From Elusimicrobiota bacterium (lineage in GTDB: Bacteria > Elusimicrobiota > Elusimicrobia > UBA1565 > JACRDR01), in contig JBGFSC010000045.1 of assembly GCA_041694815.1 (NCBI GenBank), forward strand, positions 1 through 64,000: 64,000 nt of DNA, written 5' to 3'. Numbering within the stretch: position 1 is the stretch's first letter; the number at the start of each line of letters is the position of its first letter. Made by a program: the position numbers and the translations under genes. The notes below the pieces were generated by a model, which saw nothing but the letters and a program-made list of their open reading frames with translations, had not been told where the DNA came from and searched no databases. Positions 44,794 through 54,236 of the stretch are shown here, in pieces.

Positions 44794-45717
44794 ATGCAAG
44801 ACGGGCGTGGGATACGCCGCATCCAAAAGATCTGGCGCAGCGAGCCGACCATCGAGGGCGCCGGCGTCCACCTCAAGCGGGCCTTCGGCTTCCACGAGAT
44901 CCCCCAATTCGACCCGTTCCTGCTGCTCGACGATTTCCGATCCGACAATCCAGACGACTATAAGCTCGGCTTTCCCTGGCACCCGCACCGCGGCATCGAG
45001 ACCATCACCTACGTGCTCGACGGGGAGGTGGAGCACGAGGACAGCCTCGGCAACGGAGGGGTGATCTCGCCCGGGGACGTGCAGTGGATGACGGCCGGCA
45101 GCGGCATACTCCATCAGGAGATGCCCAAGGGCAATCGCATGGGCCACATGTACGGCTTCCAGCTATGGGCGAATCTGCCGGCCAAGAGCAAGATGGTCGA
45201 CCCGCGCTACCGCGACGTCAAGGAAAAGGACATCCCCGCGGTCAAGGTCGATGGGAGCGTGGTGCGCGTCATAGCCGGCAGCGTCAACGGCGTCCGCGGG
45301 CCGGTGCGGGGCGTCGTTATAGATCCCGAGTACATCGACGTCTCGATGCGCTCCGGCTCAGCCTTCAGCCATCCCGTCCCGGCCGGGCACACCGCCTTCG
45401 CCTACGTCATCGACGGGGAGGGGTACTTCGACCCCGGGCGCGACCCCTACGCCCGCGACGCCGTCGGCGCCAATTATTTCGACATGGCTAGGCCCTGCGC
45501 CTGCCCGAGGGACACGCTGGTGCTCTACGGGCCGGGGGACAGCGTCTCCGTGAGCACCCAGAAGATGCCAGTGCGCTTTCTGTTGATATCGGGCCGCCCG
45601 CTCAAGGAGCCGATCGCCTGGTACGGGCCCATCGTGATGAACACGCGCGATGAGCTGCGTACGGCTTTCGAGGAGTACGAGAAGGGGGACTTTATCAAGT
45701 CCTACGCGAAGAGGTAG
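44794..45717 (+). CDS. Pirin family protein
   Basis: DPFLLLD, GFPWHPHRGIETITY, QWMTAGSGILHQE, GPIVMNT. Confidence 0.95.
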   Translation: MQDGRGIRRIQKIWRSEPTIEGAGVHLKRAFGFHEIPQFDPFLLLDDFRSDNPDDYKLGFPWHPHRGIETITYVLDGEVEHEDSLGNGGVISPGDVQWMTAGSGILHQEMPKGNRMGHMYGFQLWANLPAKSKMVDPRYRDVKEKDIPAVKVDGSVVRVIAGSVNGVRGPVRGVVIDPEYIDVSMRSGSAFSHPVPAGHTAFAYVIDGEGYFDPGRDPYARDAVGANYFDMARPCACPRDTLVLYGPGDSVSVSTQKMPVRFLLISGRPLKEPIAWYGPIVMNTRDELRTAFEEYEKGDFIKSYAKR

Positions 45718-45764
45718 CGGGGACGATAGGCGCGCGCGGACGGCCGTAAACGGGGAGAGCCGGA

Positions 45765-45929
45765 TTACTTGCCGTTGAGGAGCTGGGCCAGCTTCCTCAT
45801 GTCGTCGCCGATGGAGCTGTAGCGCTCTTCCAGGTGCTCCCACTCCGGGTCCATGTCGGGATACACTGTCTTCGCGGCCACCTTGCTCCGTCGCCCATGA
45901 CTCGGCGTCTTCTTCTTTTTCATGGCCAT
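45765..45929 (-). CDS. Small hypothetical protein
   Basis: MAMKKKKTP...DPEWEHLEERYSSIGDDMRKLAQLL; host-like codon usage. Confidence 0.5.
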   Translation of the reverse strand: MAMKKKKTPSHGRRSKVAAKTVYPDMDPEWEHLEERYSSIGDDMRKLAQLLNGK

Positions 45930-45976
45930 CCGGAGTATAGACCGTGATCCGATTCCGCGCAAGGCCCAAATCGATT

Positions 45977-46048
45977 TGCGCGGTGCAGGATTCGAACCTG
46001 CGGCCCCCTCCTTGTAAGGGAGGTGCTCTACCGCTGAGCTAACCGCGC
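45977..46048 (-). tRNA. tRNA-Val(TAC), CCA not encoded
   Basis: GCGCGGTTAGCTCAGCGGTAGAGC...CT-TAC-AA...GGTTCGAATCC...ACCGCGCA. Confidence 0.95.
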
Positions 46049-46183
46049 GACGGGTCCATTGTACAACAATAATCCGGAGCGAGCCCCCGCGTTTCTTGAG
46101 AGAGAACTGAGCCCCGATTGAGCCCTATTTGAGCCTACGGCGCTATCCTGTCCAGGTTCGAAGGCGTTATATAAGGAGGACTC

Positions 46184-46627
46184 ATGAAAAACCATGTTGC
46201 CGTCGTCGGCGCGGCCTTGGGCGCGGCCTTGCTGGCCGCTTGTGACAGCCCGCCCAGCCGGGTGCGCAAGGGCAAGGTCATCGAGACCATCAGCCAGAGC
46301 CCGGTGCAAAACAGCTACGTGGAGGCCATCGGCATCGGCGCCTCCGACCCCGATTTGCCCACCGAGACGCAGCGCAAGTCCCTGGCGCGGGACGCCGCCA
46401 TCGTCAAGGCACAGTTCGAGATGCTCTCCATGATCAAGGGCGTAACCTTGAGCGGGGGGGTCACCGTCCAGCGCGCCATGGAGACCGACTCGACGCTGGA
46501 GGCCCGCATCCACGAGACCATCCGCGGGGCCGAGATACTCAAGAGCGAATTCACCTCCGACAGCGGCTGCGTGGTCACGATCCGGCTGCCGAAAGCGCGC
46601 CTGCAGGAGATTTTAGGCAGGCATTGA
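46184..46627 (+). CDS. Lipoprotein (LPP20-like)
   Basis: Lipobox LLAAC; EAIGIGA...ARDAAIVKA...IRGAEI. Confidence 0.75.
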   Translation: MKNHVAVVGAALGAALLAACDSPPSRVRKGKVIETISQSPVQNSYVEAIGIGASDPDLPTETQRKSLARDAAIVKAQFEMLSMIKGVTLSGGVTVQRAMETDSTLEARIHETIRGAEILKSEFTSDSGCVVTIRLPKARLQEILGRH

Positions 46628-46670
46628 CAGGGCTTGGAACAAGGGTTAGACTAAATGCGGTTCTTTTTTC

Positions 46671-49514
46671 ATGAAGAAAAGACCGCTCTTAGCGGACGCC
46701 CTCATCGGGCTGGGGCTGACCCTTTTCGTTCTCGGTTCGTACCTGGTACAAGCCTCTTTTTTAGAGAGCCTCGAGCTTAAGGTCTTCGACCTGCGCTCGA
46801 CCCTCCGCGGGGATCTCGACGCCGGCGGCCGCGAGATCGCGATCGTTTCCATCGACGACGACTCCATCGCCCGGCTGGGGCGCTGGCCCTGGCCGCGCAC
46901 CCGCTACGCCGAGATGATCGACCTGCTGGCCAAGGCGTCGCCCAAGGTGATCGGCTGGGACATTTTCCTCTCGGAGCCCGAGCGCAACCAGGGCTTGGCC
47001 GAGATCCAGGCCCTGGAGGCCAGCTACCAGGATCTCGTGCAGCGCAAGAAGATCATCGAGAAGGGAGTGAAATTCGCGCCGGAGTTCTCCGCTGCGGCCG
47101 TGAGGCTCGACACCGACGCCCGTCTGCTCGCCTCGCTGGAGGAGGCGAAGAAAGTCGTTCTCCCCATGTTCTTCGCCACCGGCGGAACCATCGGCGCCAA
47201 GCCAGAGCCCCTTCCGGAGATCATCTCCAATTCCCTCCTGACCATCGACATGAGCGCCGGCGTCGGGATGGAGCAGGCCCTGCTCGAGGGCACCCAGGCG
47301 ACGGTGCCGCTGACGGCTTTTGCCGAGAAGGCGATGGGCGTGGGGCATATCAACGTCTATCCCGATTTAGACGGGGTGGTCCGGCGGGAGTCGCCCGTCA
47401 TCAAGTACGGCGACGGGCTATACCCCTCCTATGCCCTGCAACTGGTGATCGCCTATCTCGGTTTTAAGCCGTCGGAGGTCAAGGTCGCTCCGGGGCAGTT
47501 CATCGAACTGGGCAAGACCAGGATCCCGATCGACGAGACGCAGTCGATGCTGGTGAGCTTCAACGGCCCTTACCAGACCTTCCGCTACTACCCCTTCCAC
47601 GAGGTGCTGGGCGGCAAGGTGGCCTTGGACGTGTTCAAGGACAAGATCGTCATCGTCGGACCCTCGGCCTCGGGCATCTCGACCCTGTTCGTGACGCCCG
47701 TCGCGCACAACCTACCCTCCGTCGAGCTCATCGCCAACGTGGTTGAGAACATACTTCACCAGAAATTCCTGGTGCGCCCTCCCTGGGCGCTCAACGCGGA
47801 GCTGGGGCTAGTGTTGGCGATGGGCCTTTTCCTGATGATCCTCCTCCCGCGCCTGAAGGCGGCGGGCGGGGCTATCGTGACCCTGCTTTTGGCCGCCGCG
47901 CTGCTCGGCACCGGCACCATGCTTTTCGTCCAAGGTCAGTGGCTCAAGGTGGTCTATCCGACCTTCCTGCTCGCCATGGGCTACCTGATCCTCATGACCA
48001 AGCGCTTCGTCTTCACCGAGAAGGGCAAGGAGTTGGTGGAGGCCTCGGCGATCGAGACCAACAAGATGCTCGGGCTCTCCTTCCAGGGGCAAGGGATGCT
48101 GGATCTGGCCTTCGACAAGTTCCGCCTTTGCCCGCTCGACGACCAGCTTAAGGACCTGCTCTACAATCTCGGGCTGGATTTCGAGCGCAAGCGGCAGTAC
48201 AACAAGGCCGTCTCGGTCTACGAGCACGTCGCCTCCAAGGACCCCAAGTACAAGGACATCCCCGATAAGATCAAGACCTTGAAGGCCGCCGCCGAGGGCG
48301 CGGTATTCGGCGGCATCGGGGGGGGACAGAAAGAGGGCACGGTGCTCATCTCGGGCGGGGCCTCCAAGCCTACGCTCGGCCGCTACGAGATCGAGAAGGA
48401 GCTCGGCCGCGGCGCCATGGGCATCGTCTACTTGGGCAAGGACCCCAAGATCAATCGCAAGGTGGCCATCAAGACGATGATGCTCGAGGAGGGCTCCGAC
48501 CCCGCCGCGTTCAAGGAGGTCAAGGAGCGCTTTTTCCGGGAGGCGGAATCGGCCGGGACCCTCAACCACCCCAACATCGTCCGCATCTTCGACGCCGGCG
48601 AGGAGCAGGACATCTCCTACATCGCCATGGAGCTTTTGGACGGCCAGGACCTTATCCCCTTCACGCGCAAGGAATCGCTGCTTAAGCCCGAGGTGGCCAT
48701 GGAGTACGTGGCCGTCGTCGCCGACGCGCTCGATTACGCGCACGCGCAGGGGATCGTGCACCGCGATATCAAGCCGGGCAACATCATGCTGCTTAAGGAC
48801 GGCACGATCCGCGTGGCGGATTTCGGCATCGCGCGCATCACCGCCTCCTCCAAGACGGCCACAGGCACGGTGATGGGCACGCCGTCCTACATGAGCCCCG
48901 AGCAAGTGGCGGGCAAGAAGGTCGACGGGCGCTCGGATCTCTTCAGCCTGGGCGTCGCCCTCTTCGAGCTGCTCACGGGCGAGAAGCCCTTCAAGGGAGG
49001 CGAGGGCATCGGCACGCTGCTTTTCCAGATCGCCAACGACCCCGAACCGGAGCCCTTGGACCTAAATCCCAACCTGCCCCGCTGCGTATCGCCGATCATC
49101 CACAAGGCCTTGGCCAAGGATCCAGAGAAGCGCTACCTGCGCGGGTCGCAGCTGGCAGCCGACCTGCGGCGCTGCCTGGCTTCCTTGGGCGGCTCCGCGG
49201 GCGCGCCGGCCCAGGCGAAGGAGTCGACGGCGCCTATCCCGGTGCCCGCCCCGCAGCCGCAGGCCGCACCCGCCGCCGACGCGACGATTCCGGCCGGTGC
49301 CCTATCCGCCCCGATTTCCGCGCCGGCCCCCGCTCCGTCTCCGGCGCCCTCTCCCGCCGCGATCCCGGTGATTTCGGCGCCGGCGCCCGTTGTCACCTCG
49401 GATAAGACGATCCCCGCCACGACGCCGCTGGACGCGACGCTTCCGGCCGGGTCCATGCCGGCCCAGGACAAGACGCAGCCGGGCGCCACCCGTGGCCCGA
49501 GGCCGTCTCCGTGA
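46671..49514 (+). CDS. CHASE2-domain membrane Ser/Thr protein kinase
   Basis: IDDDSIARLGRWPWPR (CHASE2), TM helices, TPR-like linker, GRGAMG, HRDIKPGN, DFG, GTPSYMSPE. Confidence 0.95.
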   Translation: MKKRPLLADALIGLGLTLFVLGSYLVQASFLESLELKVFDLRSTLRGDLDAGGREIAIVSIDDDSIARLGRWPWPRTRYAEMIDLLAKASPKVIGWDIFLSEPERNQGLAEIQALEASYQDLVQRKKIIEKGVKFAPEFSAAAVRLDTDARLLASLEEAKKVVLPMFFATGGTIGAKPEPLPEIISNSLLTIDMSAGVGMEQALLEGTQATVPLTAFAEKAMGVGHINVYPDLDGVVRRESPVIKYGDGLYPSYALQLVIAYLGFKPSEVKVAPGQFIELGKTRIPIDETQSMLVSFNGPYQTFRYYPFHEVLGGKVALDVFKDKIVIVGPSASGISTLFVTPVAHNLPSVELIANVVENILHQKFLVRPPWALNAELGLVLAMGLFLMILLPRLKAAGGAIVTLLLAAALLGTGTMLFVQGQWLKVVYPTFLLAMGYLILMTKRFVFTEKGKELVEASAIETNKMLGLSFQGQGMLDLAFDKFRLCPLDDQLKDLLYNLGLDFERKRQYNKAVSVYEHVASKDPKYKDIPDKIKTLKAAAEGAVFGGIGGGQKEGTVLISGGASKPTLGRYEIEKELGRGAMGIVYLGKDPKINRKVAIKTMMLEEGSDPAAFKEVKERFFREAESAGTLNHPNIVRIFDAGEEQDISYIAMELLDGQDLIPFTRKESLLKPEVAMEYVAVVADALDYAHAQGIVHRDIKPGNIMLLKDGTIRVADFGIARITASSKTATGTVMGTPSYMSPEQVAGKKVDGRSDLFSLGVALFELLTGEKPFKGGEGIGTLLFQIANDPEPEPLDLNPNLPRCVSPIIHKALAKDPEKRYLRGSQLAADLRRCLASLGGSAGAPAQAKESTAPIPVPAPQPQAAPAADATIPAGALSAPISAPAPAPSPAPSPAAIPVISAPAPVVTSDKTIPATTPLDATLPAGSMPAQDKTQPGATRGPRPSP

Positions 49515-50332
49515 AAACCCGGACCCTGGAGATCGCCGGCAAGACCGATCCGGGCTGCGTGCGGAAGAACAACGAGGACAGCCTGGCCGTGGTCCCGGAA
49601 TTAGGCTTGATGGCCGTTGCCGACGGCATGGGCGGGCACAGCTCCGGGGAGGTGGCTAGCCAGATCGCGACTGAGACTATTCGCGACTTCGCGGATAAGA
49701 TGATCGGCGGCAGCAAGCAGTTGCTGCCGGAGGGAGCCGCCGATCCGGCGCGCTCGGCCCGCTCGAAGCAGCTGGAATTTTTCGTCAAGACGGCCAATAC
49801 GATGATCTACGAGAAGGCCCGGGCCTTCCCCAAGGATCACGGCATGGGCACGACGATCGTCGCTGCGATCGCCGACGAGCGCTCCATGACGGTGGCACAC
49901 GTCGGCGACAGCCGGCTCTATCTTTTGCGGCGCGGAGAGCTGCAGGTAATGACGGAGGACCACTCCTTGGTCATGGATCAGGTGCGCCGCGGGCTCATCA
50001 CCGCCGAGCAGGCGGAGAAATCTGCCATCCAGAACATACTCACACGGGCCCTCGGGACTGAGGCGGAGGTCGTCGTCGACGTGCAGGACCACCCCTTGTT
50101 TCCCGGAGACCTCGTGCTCCTGTGCTCGGATGGACTGACCAAGATGGTTCCCGAGGCCGAGATCGAGAAGATTCTAGAGGGTGCGGAATCCTGCGCTTCA
50201 GCCTGCGATGCGCTTATCGAGAGGGCCCGGGCGGCGGGAGGCGTCGACAATATCACCGTGGTCGTCGCGCGCGTCCCGGAGGATCCAGGGGCCGGCATCA
50301 AGAAGCTTTTTTCGAGGATATTCAGCCGATGA
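49511..50332 (+). CDS. PP2C-family Ser/Thr phosphatase
   Basis: NED, VADGMGG, MGTT, HVGDSR, LCSDGL, DNITV. Confidence 0.95.
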   Translation: MKTRTLEIAGKTDPGCVRKNNEDSLAVVPELGLMAVADGMGGHSSGEVASQIATETIRDFADKMIGGSKQLLPEGAADPARSARSKQLEFFVKTANTMIYEKARAFPKDHGMGTTIVAAIADERSMTVAHVGDSRLYLLRRGELQVMTEDHSLVMDQVRRGLITAEQAEKSAIQNILTRALGTEAEVVVDVQDHPLFPGDLVLLCSDGLTKMVPEAEIEKILEGAESCASACDALIERARAAGGVDNITVVVARVPEDPGAGIKKLFSRIFSR

Positions 50333-50345
50333 TGGGGGGGAGGCC

Positions 50346-51074
50346 ATGGCCAAGCTGCTGCTGAAATTCAATGCGGCGGTGATCAAGGAAATCCCGTTCG
50401 ACAAGGAGACGCTCACCGTCGGCCGGAAACCCGACAACGACATCGTCATCGACAATCCCGCTGTCTCGGGACATCATTGCAAGATCGTCCGGCAGGCCGA
50501 CGCCTATTTCATCGAGGATCTCAACTCGACCAACGGCACCTACGTCAACGAGAAGCGGGTCATGAAGGCTGGCCTCCATCCCAACGATGTCGTGGGCCTG
50601 GCCAAGCACGCCCTGGTCTTCGTCGATGACAAGCCGGCCCCGGTGCCCGCGGCGGCCGCACCGGCCGAACCCGCCGGCGAGAAGACCATGCTGATCTCGC
50701 CCGAGAAGCAGCAGGAGATGGCCAAGGCCGCGGCCACGAGCGCGGCGGTGAAGGGAGAAAAGGTCGGCGGGTTGAGGATGCTTAAGGGCGTCGTGGGTCC
50801 GATGGAATACGAGCTCAAGGGGCTTTCGACCTATATCGGCAAGTCCGACCGCGTCCAGATCCCCATCAAGGGCTCCGGGATATTCGGCTCGGCCCCGGAG
50901 GTCGCGGCCTCCATCCACCGCAAGCCGGAGGGCTACGTGCTGGTGGCGGTCAAGGAAGGCTACCCGGTGGTCAACGGATCGAGCGTCACCGGCCAGGTAT
51001 TGCTCAACGACGGCGATCTCATCGACTGCGGCGCGACCACGATGCAATTCTTCCTTAAGGAATCCGCGTCTTAA
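50346..51074 (+). CDS. FHA-domain protein (N-terminal FHA, second FHA-like domain)
   Basis: GRKPDNDI...VSGHH...DLNSTNGT. Confidence 0.9.
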   Translation: MAKLLLKFNAAVIKEIPFDKETLTVGRKPDNDIVIDNPAVSGHHCKIVRQADAYFIEDLNSTNGTYVNEKRVMKAGLHPNDVVGLAKHALVFVDDKPAPVPAAAAPAEPAGEKTMLISPEKQQEMAKAAATSAAVKGEKVGGLRMLKGVVGPMEYELKGLSTYIGKSDRVQIPIKGSGIFGSAPEVAASIHRKPEGYVLVAVKEGYPVVNGSSVTGQVLLNDGDLIDCGATTMQFFLKESAS

Positions 51075-52720
51075 CGCTGGGGGAACGGCTGTGGCAACTT
51101 CCGACGGGCGCGATCTGTCTGAGCGCGGCCCAGGCAGCAGATGTCTCCCTCTCTGACGGCAAAAGGCCTTAAATCCGAAAGCAGGGTGTCGCAGCGGGTG
51201 ATGATTCCGGTTGACCCGATGCCTGCGAGAAAAGCCAGAAGACGGCCGGGAAGGTCCACCTTCACCCAATAAAGATAGGTAATCAAGGTCGGCTCCCGCG
51301 TGCGTTGAAAGGCGAAATAGGTCATATCGTCGACGGCCAATCGAAGCTCCTTCTCCTTGCCTATTCCGCAACGCAGAGCTGCGGTATCGATCTGCATGTG
51401 CGTCCGCGTCGAATCATAGTTCGAAAGTGCGATACTGGGTCCGATGGTGCTTTCACGAATGCCAATTAAGCGATGGAACGAGGACAGCAGATAAGCTTGG
51501 CTGGCGAAAGAGGAAAGAAGAAGCATGACGGCCGCGTAACTCGCCGAGGAAGGGGGAGATATCCATGGCAGCGCTTCCGAGACGAGCAGTAGGTCGACCA
51601 GCAGGATTAGCGGAAGAATTAGGCTTGAATCATAGAAGATCTTATGCGCCTGGAAGAAACCGACGATCGCGATCGTGACCGAGAGGGCTAGAGGCATCGC
51701 TGTCTCTACCGTGAGCCGGCGGAGAGCGTAGTCTCGACGCAGCCGCAGGTACAACGCGAGTATGCCGTATGCCAGTGCCAACGAGAAGATCGTTCGAACC
51801 AAAATATGGAGCGGGCGCAGAAGAAAAGCGGGGGTGTGGAAAGCGGAAGGAAGCCAGAGTACTTGGTATTGAGAACGAAAGGAGGCGGAATCGAGATAGG
51901 CCGCGAAGCCGTAGAGGCTTTTAAGGCCGGTCTGGAAAAAAAGGAATGGGTCCGAGCGCAACAAAGAAAGGGGAACGGTGGGCACGAAGCCCAGAGCCTC
52001 CACGCACTGGACCCTCGCGTTCCAGACGGAAAAACTTTGATCGGCTAGAAGGCCCAGGCTGCTGGCAAGGAGAAGGAATGCGAGCCAGTCTCTAGAGGGA
52101 CGGCAGATGTAATAGAGCGAGACCGACAATAACGGCAAGAACAACATTGCCTTCGGATGCTGCGGCAACATTAAGGCGGCGGCGCCGAGAAGCGGCAGGC
52201 CGAGTAACAGGGTATTGCGACGGGAGGGGCGCTCCACCCGGCCGGCGATAAGCGGGAGAAGACAGGCGGTCGCGGCGCCGATGCGCAGAATCTGTTCTGG
52301 ACGGTTGAGGACCATCATGAGCGGAAGCGTGCCCAAACTAGTGAAAGAAACGATGCCTGCCATGGAGTATAAAAACGAAAAGCCCTTGCCCATAACGACT
52401 TTTGCCGTCCCCACCATCACTCCAATCCACAGGAGAAACAGGGCGACACCGATGAAGCGAAATGCGAGAAGATCCGTCAGCCGGCCGTACAACGCCCATT
52501 CGATGAGACGTTCGGGAAGCCAGAACCATGGGGCGGCGACCGTAAGGCATTGAGGCACCATCATCAATAATCGGCCTTCGTCCCGAAATAGCCGCGAATT
52601 GAGCAACCGATAATAAATCTCGTCAGGGTAAATCGGCGAAAAGCAGGCCAAAAATAGGACGGCGGAAAAGAATACCAAGGCGACATAGGAGGCCGCCCGA
52701 ATGAGGCGCATTTGCAGCAT
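51071..52720 (-). CDS. Multi-pass membrane protein (possible GT-C-type glycosyltransferase)
   Basis: Many TM helices; YPDE after the first helix; AT-richer than its neighbours. Confidence 0.6.
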   Translation of the reverse strand: MLQMRLIRAASYVALVFFSAVLFLACFSPIYPDEIYYRLLNSRLFRDEGRLLMMVPQCLTVAAPWFWLPERLIEWALYGRLTDLLAFRFIGVALFLLWIGVMVGTAKVVMGKGFSFLYSMAGIVSFTSLGTLPLMMVLNRPEQILRIGAATACLLPLIAGRVERPSRRNTLLLGLPLLGAAALMLPQHPKAMLFLPLLSVSLYYICRPSRDWLAFLLLASSLGLLADQSFSVWNARVQCVEALGFVPTVPLSLLRSDPFLFFQTGLKSLYGFAAYLDSASFRSQYQVLWLPSAFHTPAFLLRPLHILVRTIFSLALAYGILALYLRLRRDYALRRLTVETAMPLALSVTIAIVGFFQAHKIFYDSSLILPLILLVDLLLVSEALPWISPPSSASYAAVMLLLSSFASQAYLLSSFHRLIGIRESTIGPSIALSNYDSTRTHMQIDTAALRCGIGKEKELRLAVDDMTYFAFQRTREPTLITYLYWVKVDLPGRLLAFLAGIGSTGIITRCDTLLSDLRPFAVREGDICCLGRAQTDRARRKLPQPFPQR

Positions 52721-53214
52721 CAGCTGCAGAGATAGGCTAGAAGGTCTCGGGCCGAGACCACTCCTAGGCCGCCGCTCTTCGTGCGCACGGGGAGATGGTA
52801 GTGGCCTTGCACGGACATCTTATGGAACGCGAAGGCGATCGGCTGCTCCTCGCCGACGCAGTCGGGATCCCGGCGCATGGCCCGGGCCACCGGGATGAGG
52901 GACGGGTCCTCGCCGGGGGGGAGATTCAGGAGCAAGTCGCGCTCGGTGAAGATGCCGCTTAAGGCCCCGCCGTTGGTCGCCAGCACGCAGCCGGTCTTAT
53001 GCTTGCGCATGCTGCGTACCGCCTGGGCCACGCTTTCGGTCTCCTCGACGGTCAAGGCCTCGTGGACCCTGAGATCGCCGACCGTCCCGGAAAGGATCCT
53101 GCGCTGCATGCCGCCCTTGGGTTGCGGGGTCGCTAGCGCGGACAGCGAGGCGTGGCAGGAGACGCAAAGCTCCTCGCCGGGCAGGTTCGCGGTCCCGCAA
53201 TCGGGGCACTTCAT
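52720..53214 (-). CDS. Zinc-ribbon + CBS-pair protein
   Basis: CPDCG..CVSC; GIFTERDLL. Confidence 0.85.
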   Translation of the reverse strand: MKCPDCGTANLPGEELCVSCHASLSALATPQPKGGMQRRILSGTVGDLRVHEALTVEETESVAQAVRSMRKHKTGCVLATNGGALSGIFTERDLLLNLPPGEDPSLIPVARAMRRDPDCVGEEQPIAFAFHKMSVQGHYHLPVRTKSGGLGVVSARDLLAYLCS

Positions 53215-54233
53215 TTCACTTCCCAAGTCTCCGGACCGGCGATGAGTTTTTCGATATCGGTTTGCCCGGCCTCGGAGGCGGAATGGATCTGCTCTTCCAT
53301 CATCGACTCGTAGGTGGGCTCCTCGATGCAGCGGAAGATCCCTACGGGCGTGGGAAACTCCGCTCCCAGGTCGGTGAGCATATACGCCAACGCCGAGCTC
53401 GCCTTCTCGTCGTGCACCGCCAGGCGGGGGGGCGGCTTGCCCGGCTCGAAGGTCACGAGCTCCGGCTTGAGCCCGTCGAAGGCAAGCCCGCGATCCTTGG
53501 CCTTGCCGAAGACCATGGGCTTTCCGTGCTCGAGCTTGAGCGCCTGGTCCTCGCGGGTCGAGCGGTCCTCGACGGCCGCGAAGGCGCCGTCGTTGAACAC
53601 GATGCAGTTCTGGAGGATCTCGATGAAGGCCGAACCCTTGTGCTGGGCGCCGCGCGCCAGGATCACGGAGAGATGCTCGACGTCCGTGTCGATGGAGCGC
53701 GCGACGAAGGTAGCCTCCGCCGCCAAGGCGAAACGCAACGGGTTGATGGGCCGATCGATGGTTCCCAACGGCGAGGACTTGGTCTTCTTGCCGAGCTCGG
53801 AGGTCGGCGAGGCCTGACCCTTGGTCAAGCCGTAGATCCGATTATTGAACAGCAGTATCTTTAAATCGACGTTGCGCCGGAGGGCGTGCAGCAGATGGTT
53901 GCCGCCGATCGACAACCCATCCCCGTCGCCGGTGACCACCCATACTTGAAGATCCGGCCGAGCACATTTGAGGCCCGTCGCGAAGGTGGGCGCGCGGCCG
54001 TGGATGGTATGCATCCCGTAGGTGTTCATGTAGTAGGGAAAGCGGCTTGAACAGCCGATACCCGAGATGAAGACGAACTTTTCCCTCGGGATGCCCAAGG
54101 CCGGCATTACCTTCTGCACCTGCGCGAGTATGGCGAAGTCCCCGCAGCCTGGGCACCAGCGCACCATCTGGTCGGAGACGAAATCCTTGCGGGTAAGTCC
54201 CGGCGCCGGGACAGGAGTGGATGTTTCTGGCAT
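53211..54233 (-). CDS. korB: 2-oxoacid:ferredoxin oxidoreductase beta subunit
   Basis: WCPGCG, SGIGCSSR, GDGD...GGNH, NNRIYGLTKGQASPT. Confidence 0.93.
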   Translation of the reverse strand: MPETSTPVPAPGLTRKDFVSDQMVRWCPGCGDFAILAQVQKVMPALGIPREKFVFISGIGCSSRFPYYMNTYGMHTIHGRAPTFATGLKCARPDLQVWVVTGDGDGLSIGGNHLLHALRRNVDLKILLFNNRIYGLTKGQASPTSELGKKTKSSPLGTIDRPINPLRFALAAEATFVARSIDTDVEHLSVILARGAQHKGSAFIEILQNCIVFNDGAFAAVEDRSTREDQALKLEHGKPMVFGKAKDRGLAFDGLKPELVTFEPGKPPPRLAVHDEKASSALAYMLTDLGAEFPTPVGIFRCIEEPTYESMMEEQIHSASEAGQTDIEKLIAGPETWEVK

Positions 54234-54236
54234 GGG

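Noticed and set aside
45977..46048. tRNA-Val as the prophage attachment site
   Set aside because: Separated from the integrase by tRNA-Asp and host-like genes; no duplicated fragment seen.
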